Below, piece after piece: positions 24,536-35,921 of a stretch of DNA of 64,000 nt. Position numbers and translations under genes: made by a program. Within the stretch, counting starts at the first letter, position 1. The number at the start of each line of letters is the position of its first letter. The notes below the pieces were generated by a model. It did not search any database. It was not told where the DNA came from and saw nothing but the letters and a program-made list of their open reading frames with translations. Source of the DNA: Callorhinchus milii (taxonomy: Eukaryota); the NCBI RefSeq assembly GCF_018977255.1, contig NW_024704742.1, forward strand, positions 72,294,001-72,358,000, given 5' to 3'.

Positions 24536-26633
24536 CTTGGGGGGTCACTGGGTGGTTTTCCCCTTGCTGTGTGCAGAAAGCCGCCAGCCTCATGATACAC
24601 AACCTAATCTACTGGTGAGAATTGGGTTAGTTGTGCATTCACTGCTGCGCGTGCACCATCCGGAACCGATAAGGAATCCACATTCTAATTGCGTTCCACT
24701 CCACAATCTTCCCTGTCACTCCTCCAATCCACTTTGAAATGTTCTGTTCTCAGGCTCAGTTGCCACATATCAAGTGTGCTACCACATGTGACAAGCATCA
24801 CATGCTCCAATAACTGTGTGAGTGTTTAACTCTTTCAGTAACAATCCTTGGGCTGACCTTATTCTCGATTCACTGACCAATGGGAAAGATTTCACTCTCA
24901 ATCCTCTGGAGACCTGTGAGTATTTTGAAGCTCTTTGGTCTCATCCCCTCAGGACCTGCTCTGACCCACTGGAAGTTTCCCAGAGGCTGGGTGGCAGGCC
25001 ACACCGCCACTCTGCTCCTGTGGGAACAAGTAGCCCACCAATCATGTGTTTGGATAAACCAATGGTGGCCAACATTTTTGTTCGGCCAAATAAATACATT
25101 TTTCTTTATTTCATGTTCAGTGGATTGATGTTGGGGGCTGGTGTTGGAGGGTTGGTGTTTTTTTTGGGGGGCAGCCGGTGTTTGGTGGGGGCTAGTGTAG
25201 GAGGGGCTGGTGTTAGTGTTGCTGGTGTTCAAGGCTGTTGTGGGGAGGGCTTGTGTTGGGGGGCTGGTGTTGGGGCTGGTGTTGGGGGCTGTTGGGTGAC
25301 GGGCTGGTATTGGGGGTGCTGTGTTGTGGGGCTGGTGTTTGGGGGGTGGGGGCTGATATTCAGGGCTAGCATTGAGTGTTCACTATGGGCCACTTTTTGG
25401 GAGTCAAGAAGTGGCCCGTTTAACTCCAGCTGCAGTCTAGGCCAGTCTGCCTCAAATCAATGCCTTATTTTCAGTAGCTACTGAGCAGTGAAATACCCAT
25501 GATGCGGCCATAAATTATGAAAAATTCAATAAAGAAAAATGCATTTGGTTGCCTGACCAAATAGGTTATCCACCCCTGGTGTAAAGTGTCCACTGATGGC
25601 AATCTCAAGCCTGTGTAATGTTATTGGGTTGAAGACCAATCCAATCCTGTGTACACACAGACACACTGGGGTAACTGTTGGGAGTCTAACCAAATAATAC
25701 CACATAGTTTGCCATTGAGAGAACTGTCTGGCAAGCTTTCCCACTGCTTGTCCAGCTAGGACCACCCTGCCCTTTAGGACTTTGGTTTGCAGGGTTAATA
25801 GGAGCTGAGTGGGAGGATTCCCTGAGTAACTGATCTGCCTCTCCAAATTCTGCCAATGAGCCAGACTCGGCTGTGCTGTCATCAGCAGGGCCCTGGAATA
25901 CTGTGAACCCGCCTGGCTCAGGAACTAGACTGGAGACTGTCACAGACTGTGGGCTCGTCCTTAGATTCTGCGGCCAGAAACCTCACCTTCGAGCCAGTTC
26001 ATCTGCGAGGGGAATCCGCTTGCCTCCCACCAGGAGGATATTTTAGTACACATTGTAAAACTAATATTAATAATATGTTCATTTGTTATAGCATTTCATC
26101 ACACCGCTGAGACGTCTCAGAGCATTTTCAGGATATTCTATTAAGTGCAGTGACCGTGTATTTTATAGATGAACATTGCAATGTCCCAAAACAGGCACAG
26201 AGTAACTGATCCATTTTATATGGGGGGTTGTTGGTCAGGACACCAAGACAAATTCCTTTCTCTTTTCTCTTTCGCTGCTGGATCTTTAAAGTCCACCTGG
26301 ACAGAAACTGATAGGACCTTAGTTTAACGTCTCACATTGACCCCATTTCATTAAACGTTAGTTGCCACTGAACATAGCACAACACGGCTTGTATTTATCC
26401 TCCAGTCCTCTGTGATCTTAATGTTGATTTGACTGATTTCTCATTGAGGTGCCTTAGCTGCAATTGACTTATTGCTGGCCTTGAATAGAGCCAGTGACCT
26501 GCATCGGCAGTCAGAATGCCATGTTCCCCCTTGTCACTGGAGCGGGGCTGAGCAGATCCCAGCTGAGTCTTGGCTGCTCGGTTACAAATCTGTCTCACGT
26601 CTCCCTGACTGCACACAGGAGCCGCTCACCAGC

Positions 26634-26679
26634 ATGTGCGGGTCTCTGAGCTTCCTCTCCGTGTGCTGCTGTAGAGCAG
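26634..26679 (+). CDS. APOL: ApoL predicted coding exon 1 (MCGSLSFLSVCCCRA)
   Basis: ATG with A at -3 (ACCAGCATG), consensus donor CAG|GTGAGT, phase 1 matching the downstream exons. Confidence 0.65.
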
Positions 26680-29600
26680 GTGAGTGCAACAACGACGACG
26701 ACTGCTGTTTATATAGCGTCTTTCACGTGGGGCAGCGTCTCGGAGCACTTAACAAGTGACACTGAGCCGTGAGCAGGCGACCATAAGCACGGTCGAAGAG
26801 GAAGGTCTACTGTGATCTGAAAAAGGTGCGGAGGGGGCGCGGGGGAGAGACAGAGGGATTGGGGTAGAGTGTTCCAAAGCTTTCTGAGTGTAGTGGCTGA
26901 ATGGTGGAAGCAGAGTGGACGAAGGACAAACAGGATGCCAGAGCTGGTGAGCGGAGACGACTGAATCGGGAGTAAGCAGGTCGAGGAGGTAGCCTTACTC
27001 TCTACCTCCTCCTCGCTCCCTCCCTTCCCTCCCCTCATCCTGACCAGTTCCCCCCTGCTCGGGTCCCGACCCAACTGTCCAGCGCCTTGGGATGTCTTCC
27101 CGATGTGAAAGGCGCTCTATAAATGCAATCTTGTTGTTGTTGTTGGGAGGTGCTAGGGCATTCGGGGATTTGTGGACTGTGAGAATCTTGATTATTGTTA
27201 TTATTATCTTGAAGTTAGGGGAGGGACCAGGACATGGGGTGGGGGTGGTAGGAAGTGGTTTGTTGGATCACCTGCCCTGATTTGATGTGTGCTGTCAGTG
27301 TGTTTCGGGACATGGTGTGACTGTGAGTGACTTTATTCTCTTGTATCTGACAGTCCAGATGGCGCAGCACCAGCCTGGAGGTCAGCCAGGTGCCCACCAC
27401 CCTCACCAGCTCCCCTACCCTCACGCTCCAGGTAATTATCAACTACATGCTTTACACATTCCCGTGTTATAGCCACATGCTCAGCATGTTCCTGTGTAAT
27501 CCCAATTCCTTATCATGTCACACACAGACACAGATGTACACCTCTATTCATTCAGAAACACGCAACAACAACAACATGCATTTATGAAGTGCCCATCAGA
27601 GCTCAATTAACAATTGTGGGGGGGGCAGTGGCGGCAATGGACCATTATTGACGCCACTTTCCAGTCGCTGCTATCCATGCAGCCTCTCTTCCCCACACGT
27701 TGTCTCTCGTGAGAGACAACATGGGGAGTGAGGGGAAGAGAGGCTGAATGAGGATATGAGGCATGAGGGAGATGATAATTGCTCTCAGAGAATGAGAGAA
27801 AATGGACCATCACACCTTCAGTGAACAAGGAGGCTGTGAACCAGTCATCCACCTCCCCAATGAAGGGGCACTGATGGGGGCAATGGCCCACCCCAGGCCA
27901 TGGCCAGTGTTCAGCATTGAGGGGGTGATGCAATGAAGCCATGTTTTCAGATAGTGGGGCTGACTTTCTAGTCCTCCCCACCGCCCTGGCGACCAGTCTG
28001 TTAAAGCTTTCCCGTGGGGATTGGCAGTGGCCCTCAGGCCAAGGCTTACTTGGCTCATTGGTTAACCTGGCCCTGACACTCAGCACACGGGCAACATCTT
28101 GATGCGCTTATCAGATCCTGGGCTGAGCTGGGGTGAGGTGACTGGAGGCACGGTCGAAGACATACCAGCACATTAATGTGCAACCTGACACCTCTCTCAC
28201 ACTCACTATGAGGAGTGATATGGTGACTGTTGATTGTGGACAGTGTGGTGGTTGTAAATACAGTGTGGTGTTTGTGTATATGGTGTGGTGTTTGTTTTTG
28301 TGGTGTGGTGTTTGTGGTGTGGTGTTTGTGGTGTGGTGTTTGTGGTGTGGTGTTTGTGGTGTGGTGTTTGTGGTGTGGTGATTGTATATAGTGTGTTGAT
28401 TGTGTATATAGTGTGGTGATTACATATGTGGTGTGGTGATTGTGTATACCGTGTGGTGATTGTGTATACCGTGTGGTGATTGTGTATATACGGTGTGGTG
28501 ATTGTGTATACGGTGTGGTGATTGTGTATACGGTGTGGTGATTGTGTATACCGTGTGGTGATTGTGTATACCGTGTGGTGATTGTGTATACGGTGTGGTG
28601 ATTGTGTATACCGTGTGGTGATTGTGTATACGGTGCGGTGATTGTGTGTATACGGTGTGGTGATTGTGTATATACGGTGTGGTGATTGTGTGTATACCGT
28701 GTGGTGATTGTGTGTATACCGTGTGGTGAATTGTGTATAGGGTGTGGTGAATGTGCATTCAGTGTAGTGATTGTGTACATGGTGCGGTGGTTGTGTATAC
28801 AGTACGGTGATTGTGTATAGTGTGGTGATTGTGTATATAATATGGTGGTTATCTACATGGTGTAGTGATTGTGTATACAGTGTGGTGGTTGTGTGTACAG
28901 TTTGGTGGTTGTGTACATGGTGTGGTGGTTGTGTGTATAGTGTGGTGGTTGTGTGTACAGTGTGGTGGTTGTGTACATGGTGTGATGGTTGTGTGTACAA
29001 TGTGGGACAAGAGACAACTTTCTTCAGCTCAACGTGCGTAAAACTGAGGCCCTCCTGATTGGCTCACGTCAGCGCTTCCGCACCTCAGGCGCTGACAGCA
29101 TCAGCATCCAAGGCTGCACTCTCCACCTCTCAAAGCCATCAGGAACCTCGGGGTTCTGTTCGACCCTGAGCTGTCCTTTCTCCCTCATATCCGCGCCACA
29201 ACTGGCACCGCCTTCCATCACCTCCGGAACATCGCCAGACTACGGCACTACCTCACCCCTCACGCGGCTGAAACTCTGGTCCACGCCTTTATCACCTCCG
29301 TTCCTCTGGCTCTGGTCTGCTCCACATCCACCGCCCCAACCGCCCTACCATCGGTGGCCGGGCCTTCAGCCTCTCAGCCTCTAGGCTCTGGAACTCTATC
29401 CACAGTGCCTTCGCCGCCTCCTCCCTTTCCTCCTTCAAGGCCGGTCTCAAGACCTTTCTCTTTGACTGTGCCTTCAGCTCCCCTCTCGCTCCCTCCTCGC
29501 TCCCTCCCTTCCCTCCCCTCACCCTGACCATTTCCCCCCTCCTCGGGTCCTGACCCAATTGTACAGCACCTTGGGATGTCCTCCCGATGTGAAAGGCGCT

Positions 29601-32600
29601 CTATAAATGGAATCTTGTTGTTGTTGTATAAGGGATGTGTGCTGATAGAGTGTTTTGGGACATGGTGTGACAATGAATGACTTTATTCTCTTGTATTTGA
29701 CAGTACTGGTGGTGCAGCATCAGCCTGGAGGCCAGGCAGGCTCCCACCACCCTCACCAGCTCCCCCACCCCTACACAACAGGTAAATGTCAGCCACATGC
29801 TCCACATTTGTCAGATAATAAATGACCAACTAGTGACGATTCTCCTCGGAGAGGAGGTAAGAGGGATCTCTTTGGATCTGGAACTTAGAATTGACGGTCT
29901 CCAGTCCAGTTCCTGAGCCAGGTGGGTCCGCAGTATTCCAGGGCACTGCTGATGACAGCACAGCCCAGCCTGGCTCATTGGCAGGACCTGCAAGGGCAGA
30001 CCAGTCACTGGGGGCAGGGAGTTATCCCACTCAGCTCCTGTTAACCCTACAAGCCAAAGCCCCAATGGCTATGGTGGTCTTAGCTGGACAAGCAGCAGAA
30101 AAACTCATCAGACAGCACTCTCAATGCCAAATTATGCGGTTTTAGCTGGTTAGACTCCAGCAGTTACCCCAACACACACTCTGGGGTCCCCAAACCTCAG
30201 CTCTTGCCAACCTGTGCCTAATACTTTGTGGAATTAGGTAAGCAGGAGGTATCCCTTCAGGTAAAGAGTTCACATTCAATTCCACTAAATATCTCAGAAA
30301 TTTCCATGTGTAGGTGGGATGCATGGAACTTTGTTTGGTTTGGATACTTTGAAGCATGGTGATGGGTTTCTGCACGTGACTGCCTCCATCCCACCATCGG
30401 TGACTGAGCCGCTGTTTTGAGCTCTCTTTCTATACCTCTCTTTCTCATCCTCTTCTCTATCTGCATTTAAATACTGCCTAAAACAATATTTTTTCATCCC
30501 TTCACCTTGCCCCCACTGTTGCCTCCTTCAAGGCCCATCTCAAGACCTTCATTTTTGACCTCACCTTCTGTCACCCTGCTACCCCCACACTCCCCACCCT
30601 CCACCCCACCTGATCCCAACCCCAAGCTCAGGTGCAAATCCTTGATTATCCAGCGAGTTGGGACGTCCTCCTGACGTGAATAGTGCTGCATAAATGTAAT
30701 TTGTTGCTGTTCTTTGACCATGCTCATGGTCATCCGTCAGTCCCTTTCTTTCCTTGCTCAGTGCTGTGAGGTCTGAGTGACCTTGTCTCCCTTGGTCTCA
30801 GGGTAGTGTGGAAGTGACCTAGGATGCTCAGAGATTATAGAAGATTGTGTCTCATTACTTATTTGTCTCATTCCTTTACCAGATGAAGAGCTCAGTGCAG
30901 ATGATCTGTGGTACGTACCTGCAGATGTGCATCAGTTGCTCAATGAATGCCATTCAGCCCATCGTGCCTCTGCTGGCGCACTGATACAGCTATCTATCCT
31001 GTATTCCTATTGTCATTGTCTGATATTGAATGGGTTTGTCTGATTTTGAATGAATTCTCCTCTCTTTTGAATTCTCTATGTGTCTGATTTGAATGAACTC
31101 TTCTCTCTGACCAGCTGACCTCTCCACATGGCAAATGAAACATTTAGTGCCCCAAGAGTCTCAGCGCACCAACAACCCACGGTCACCATCTCAGTGCACG
31201 GCTCTGAGGTGGTTCTGCAGTGTGCTCAGTGACTGAGATAAAGGGACACAAGCCCAAGACTTCCTTAGGGTAGAGTGATGGGGGATTGGTGGGTATGAGC
31301 TGGGTCAGGGTAGGGTGGGTTCAGGTCAGGGTGGGTTGGTGTCAGGTTGGGTTGAAGGTGGGTTGGGGGCCAGGAGGCCATGCAAATATGTACACACCTC
31401 TGTCTGGTTAGATATTCTGAAGCATGGTGATGGATTTTCACAATTGGCACCTGACTGACAAGCATCCACCCCCACAAAAAAGATGCATTTCTTGTGGGTA
31501 AGTAGGTCTCCAGGGGATGGGGTGTAGTGTCTGTGAGAGATATGTTTGGATACCCATTTTGATGGAGGTCCAGCCTGTCTCATCACCCATGAGGCTTGGT
31601 GATGTAGTCATGTCCTCAACCCTGCTGTAGCTACAATGCCCTGAGGGTCAGCTGTTCAGTTACTGTTTGGTGGGTACTTGTACGTTTGATACGTTCAGAA
31701 AGCTAAAAGCTCCCTGCATATAATGACAGGGAACCATTGAAATCTGAGCTGGAAAAGAGAGCTGGAGATGGCCAGTGTTTTCTCCAGATGTTTCCTGAGC
31801 GAAGAAAATGGATGAGCAACTCCATCCAGGAACTGCGGGAAATTGCTGATGATATCGATCAGTATCACAGAGATGCCACCATAGCAAGTGTGGCCGGATC
31901 ATCCGCCAGTGCTGTGGGAGGCATCCTAACTGCTGCAGGAATAATCGCTGCCCCCTTCACATCGGGCACCTCATTAGTGCTGTCAGGGGTGGGGGCTGGA
32001 GTGGGCATTGCTGGCAGTGCCACCAATCTTACAGCTGGGGTCACTGAGACTGTGGCACGATCTAACAAACAGCAGCGAGTCGATGAGATTCTAGAAGAAT
32101 ACAACAAGGGCTGTAAAGAAATGTCAGCATGTTTAAAAGAGGTCTGTGGGGTCATCAAGCTGTGCTGTGAGGGCCTCGGAGCAGAAGTTGCATGGCAGCA
32201 GAGCGGTGAAGGAAAGCCTGAGTGTGTGAGTGCAGTCTGCAGGCAGGTTACAGGGAGGGAGACAGGAGGTTTAGATTACAAGCAAGAACAGAGCTTTGCA
32301 CTGACCCACTCCATCAAGCAGCTGGCAGCCCTGAGCCGGGAGATCCCTAATGCCAGCCATATAAAGGAGTCTGTGAGAATCAACGGCCTGATCTCGGGAT
32401 CTCTCCCACTGCTCTCCCGGGTTGTGTCGGGTGTCCTCTCGGCACTTTCCGTGGTGCTGGATGTCTTCTCCATAATGAAAGACTCCATTGACCTCAGCAA
32501 AGGAAGCAAGACTCGAGCTGCTCAAACCGTACGGGCCACCGCGCAGAGCATGGAACACGAGTTAAATGCGTATGAAGGCATTTATATATTTCTGAACAAA

Positions 32601-32618
32601 GTTGTGAAGCTGGATTGA
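26634..32618 (+). CDS. APOL: Apolipoprotein L family protein, 5 coding exons (26634-26679, 27354-27431, 29704-29781, 30883-30910, 31730-32618), 372 aa predicted
   Basis: The last exon encodes the ApoL signature FLQMFP...IQELREIADDIDQYHRDATIASVAGSSASAVGGILTAAGIIAAPFTSGTSLVLSGVGAGVGIAG and C-terminal VVLDVFSIMKDSIDLSKGSKTRAAQTVR. All introns are GT-AG. Phases 1/1/1/2 join into one open frame of 46+78+78+28+889=1119 nt. Family call is about 0.93; exact upstream exon use is less certain. Confidence 0.85.
27354..27431 (+). CDS. APOL: ApoL predicted exon 2, 78 nt, symmetric phase 1 (VQMAQHQPGGQPGAHHPHQLPYPHAP)
   Basis: Acceptor CTTTATTCTCTTGTATCTGACAG, donor CAG|GTAATT, open in the required frame; paralog of exon 3. 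Confidence 0.7.
28230..29000. repeat. Intronic minisatellite (~12-bp GTGTGGTGTTTG and ~20-22-bp GTGTGGTGATTGTGTATACG units)
   Basis: Directly visible; it is the source of the His/Thr-rich spurious ORFs. Confidence 0.95.
29010..29625 (+). mobile_element. Young L2 3' fragment with an internal deletion at ~29297
   Basis: [20 protein letters not shown]. The sequence jumps from TTTATCACCTC to CGTTCCTCTGG. (TTG)n tail. Confidence 0.9.
29704..29781 (+). CDS. APOL: ApoL predicted exon 3, 78 nt, symmetric phase 1 (VLVVQHQPGGQAGSHHPHQLPHPYTT)
   Basis: Acceptor CTTTATTCTCTTGTATTTGACAG, donor CAG|GTAAAT; 63/78 nt identical to exon 2 with no indels. Confidence 0.7.
30883..30910 (+). CDS. APOL: ApoL predicted exon 4, 28-nt microexon (DEELSADDLW)
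   Basis: Strong acceptor TTTGTCTCATTCCTTTACCAG, donor TG|GTACGT. Converts phase 1 to phase 2, exactly as the last exon needs. Confidence 0.72.
31730..32618 (+). CDS. APOL: ApoL last coding exon (ApoL domain)
   Basis: Uninterrupted ORF (track 31737-32618). Acceptor GACAG at 31725-31729, with an in-frame stop just upstream at 31704-31706. A large terminal exon is typical of APOL genes. Confidence 0.93.
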
Positions 32619-33108
32619 GTAATGTGTTGCAATTTACATGGCAATTGGTGTTGGAATCAAATCATAGGATTTCCCATTGAATGTCACAAAATGTTGTAGT
32701 GAACTGTGATTGAAACTCCAGGAGTGTCTCTGCTCACCCAAATACCCTCTGCTGTTCCTGACAGTGGGGAAAAACTTGCAAGACTCGTGAAATAATTTGT
32801 AATTCGTGAAATCCGCAGCTAATGCATGTCACACTGTGCTGGGGATTGGGCGGCTCGTTTAATCACAGTCTGGCTTCACTGAAGTCAATACTGAGGTTGG
32901 TTTCCAAGTGGCAAACCAGACACACATCCAGGCACAGGAATTGCTGCTTAACAAATCCTTTGTGAATCTCACAACTTACACTTCCCTGTTGATTGTTCCA
33001 TTCTCCTTCCGCGACCACCTCCATGGCACAGTATTTCCATTCTTACCTTCCCAACCTCCTCCCTGGGAGCAGGGAATCTGACCACTGTTGTGGGCTCACA
33101 AGTGAATT

Positions 33109-33114
33109 ATTAAA
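33109..33114 (+). terminator. Candidate polyadenylation signal ATTAAA for ApoL
   Basis: First AATAAA/ATTAAA-type hexamer I found downstream of the stop; motif only. Confidence 0.3.
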
Positions 33115-35174
33115 ATATGATCAGAAGTAATTATTACAAAAAAATTCAGTAAGGTATATGTTTATGCTCATTAGCGAGTGTCGAGGTGACCTGCAGAATT
33201 ACAACCTTGATTATAAAATGACATGTTAATTAAATTGGGCTGAGTTTCAGAGCTTCTGTCTAAGCCTAACAGGTGTCACCAGATAGCTGCTATAACACTA
33301 GATAGTATGGTGTGGGAAGATATCAATATGTCAAATATGTCAAAGTGTGGAACATGGCCTGGTGTAGGCCACAGTTGAATGTGCCGCAGGCTCCAATTCA
33401 GCTCTGTTTACACTGTTCAAATACAATTTAGTTAACTACTCTACATTCTAGTTTTAAATGATACAAACACAATCCAAAGTCAAAGACAAAATCAATTCTG
33501 TTTGCAAATTGCCTGAGAGCGAGAAAACTCACTATATACTGTCCTTGGGAGTTTCCATGATCAGGCTTTATAAACAAAAGCTTTGCTTTAATCATCTGCT
33601 TACTCTATGCCACTCTGACTCACAGACTCAAGGCTTGGACAGAATATGCATTGGGGGAACTGCTGGAGTTTAACCAGCTAAAACCACAGTTTACCATTGA
33701 CAGCACTGTCTGCCAACAGTGATGAGCCAGGCTAGCTGGGCTGTTATTAGCAGTGCCCCAGAGTACTGCACACCCGCTTGGCTCAGCCACAGAGGATCGA
33801 CTTGATTCTGACATTCTGTTGCCAGCTATTGGAGTTCAGCTCCAAGGAGACCTGACGTGTGTGAGGGATCAAATACCAGCGTTATAATAACCGGGTTACC
33901 AGGATACATTGGGAGCATCATAATAATAATAATAATAATCCTTGCATTTGATATAGCGCTTTTCACATCTTCTAGACATCTCAAAGCGCTTCACAGAATA
34001 GACTGTAAAGTGAATTGGCTGTATAATTGTGGAGCTAGATGGTTACATGAGTGAATGGTTCAGGATGTACAGGAGAGACCCTATCCAATCTGATAATATG
34101 CAACAGTCTGGGGATAGAGAGTAGGTTATGTGATAAAAGCACCTGGCAGATACTGAGCACAATATGATTGAGATTAATTTCCGAGAGGGAGCAACACAGA
34201 CTCCAGGACTCCATCTGGAGCAATAAAACCGTAAAAATCCCTCATTCATTTCCTGGCTATTTGGGGGACAATACTGTATGCAAATTTGCTGCTACTTTTG
34301 CATATAAAATACACAGTCAGTACACAAAGCCCTGTGAGTTTCTTCAAGATGTCCTCCGAATGTGAAAGATAGTCTAACAAATGCAAGAATTGTTATTATG
34401 TTATTATCTCACCAGCCAACCAACTATCCAAATCATCCCTTTCCTACCTCCAGTAATCTGTCAAGTTCCTTTTTGAAACTTTCTGTAGTTCCTTCTGTAA
34501 CTGCCTGTGCTGATAGTTTGTTCATGGCATTCAAGAGAGAATTTAAAATGTAAGGTTGTGTGGAGCTGCAGAAAACAAAATGAAATATAATCTTGATTTG
34601 GAAACCGGGTTGTGCTTTACTCGAGTCTGTCTGATTCTTTTTTTAATAAGAATTGATGAAATCTGTTTGGTTGGTCAGAAGACGTGTGGCGAGGCTCTCG
34701 TATGAAAGGCTGCGTGCCAATCAGGAATAGAATCGAACCACAGCAAACACTGATAGGTTACAGCAACTGAAAGAGTTCAAGGAACCTGTTCAGTCACAGT
34801 CTCACCAGTCAACAGGGCTCAGGCTACAGGCACATTATTTAATGGTTCAACTCTCGACTTTAACAGTTGTGTCTCAGCGCCCGGATCAGGTTAATTATCT
34901 CAAGTGAAATTCTAAATGATGTTGAGGATCAGTGAGATTGTGGATGCAGGTACACAGAATTCTAGCAGTGTGAGTGTAGGTGGTAAAAAGACCATCGAAA
35001 GGCAGATTTTCAGAATTCTGAAAGGTTTTGGGAGTCGAAATTGTTAAAAATTATTGCTGCTGGATGGTGAATGGATAAAAAGAGGGAATGAGCTCAGTGT
35101 TGTCTCTCGAAGAGTTAATGGGAGGTTAGAAAAAAATCCTCAGAGGATCATTATAGCTTGGAATTATCAAAGAA

Positions 35175-35640
35175 TCATAGGATTATAAAGCACAGAAGGA
35201 GGCCATTCGGCCCATTGTGTCTGTGCCGGTTCTTTTAAAAGAGCTATCCAAATCAATCCCACTCCCCCGCTCTCTTCCCATAGCCCTGCAAACTTGTCCT
35301 ACCCAAATAATTATCTACTTCTCTCTTAAAACTTGTTATCGAATTGTCATCCATGATTCTTTCGGGCAATGCATTCCAGATCCGAACAACTCGCTGTGTG
35401 AAAACATTTCTTCTCACCTCCCCTCTTTCTTTTAAGAACTATTTTAATCAGTGTCCTCAGGTTACCCATCCACCCGCCAGTGGAAATAGTTTCTCTTTGT
35501 TCACCCTATCGAATCCCCTCATAATTTTTAAAACTTCTGTTAAGTCTCGTCTTAACCTTCTCTGCTCCAAGGAGAATAATCCCAGCTTCTCTCGCTTCTC
35601 CTCATAACTGAAGTCCCTCATTCCTGGTACCATCCTGGTA
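35175..35640 (-). mobile_element. CR1 LINE 3' fragment
   Basis: FTRMVPGMRDFSYEE..EKLGLFSLEQRRLRRDLTEVLKIMRGFDRV. Confidence 0.88.
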
Positions 35641-35921
35641 AACAAAAACAGAAGTCGCTGGGAACACTCAGGCAGCATGTATGGAGAAAGGAAAGTGTCA
35701 AAGTTTCGGGTCCATGAGCCTTCGTCAGACCTGGGGCATGTTGGGAGGGAGAGGCTTTCAAGGGCTAACAGAGAGGGGGGAGGCAGGACAAGGAAGACAA
35801 AGGAGAAAATGGGGTAACGGACAGGGGATGATGGGTTAAAGATGTGTTAATGACGCAGAACGATGCAACAAAGCAGGGAAATAGTTAATACTTAATAGTT
35901 AATACTTAATAGTTAATACTG

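Noticed and set aside
24822..25484. 220-aa Gly/Val-rich membrane-protein-like ORF
   Set aside because: It is driven by G/T low-complexity sequence at 25130-25360, with no recognisable domain.
26256..26273. ISRE-like TTTCTCTTTTCTCTTTCG about 370 bp upstream of the ApoL ATG
   Set aside because: It is attractive given ApoL biology, but it lies in a pyrimidine tract of an old SINE remnant and such matches are common by chance.
28055..29058. Long His/Thr-rich and Val/Cys/Trp-rich ORFs
   Set aside because: They are translations of the intronic minisatellite in several frames.
30883..30885. ATG at the start of the microexon as ApoL start codon
   Set aside because: It is out of frame: the spliced product MKSSVQMICGNH stops at 31738-31740.
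31115..31208. Extra ApoL cassette exon
   Set aside because: The acceptor is plausible, but the required phase gives an immediate TGA. The internal ATG frame (MANETF..) has only a very weak donor.
31737..31739. ORF-track start of ApoL
   Set aside because: It is a TTG lying 7 nt inside an exon with a splice acceptor at 31729, not an initiation codon.
33878..34250. Solo LTR-like segments (also 50283-50810)
   Set aside because: They have CCAAT/TATA/AATAAA-like motifs, but no TSD, second copy or clear termini to support a call.
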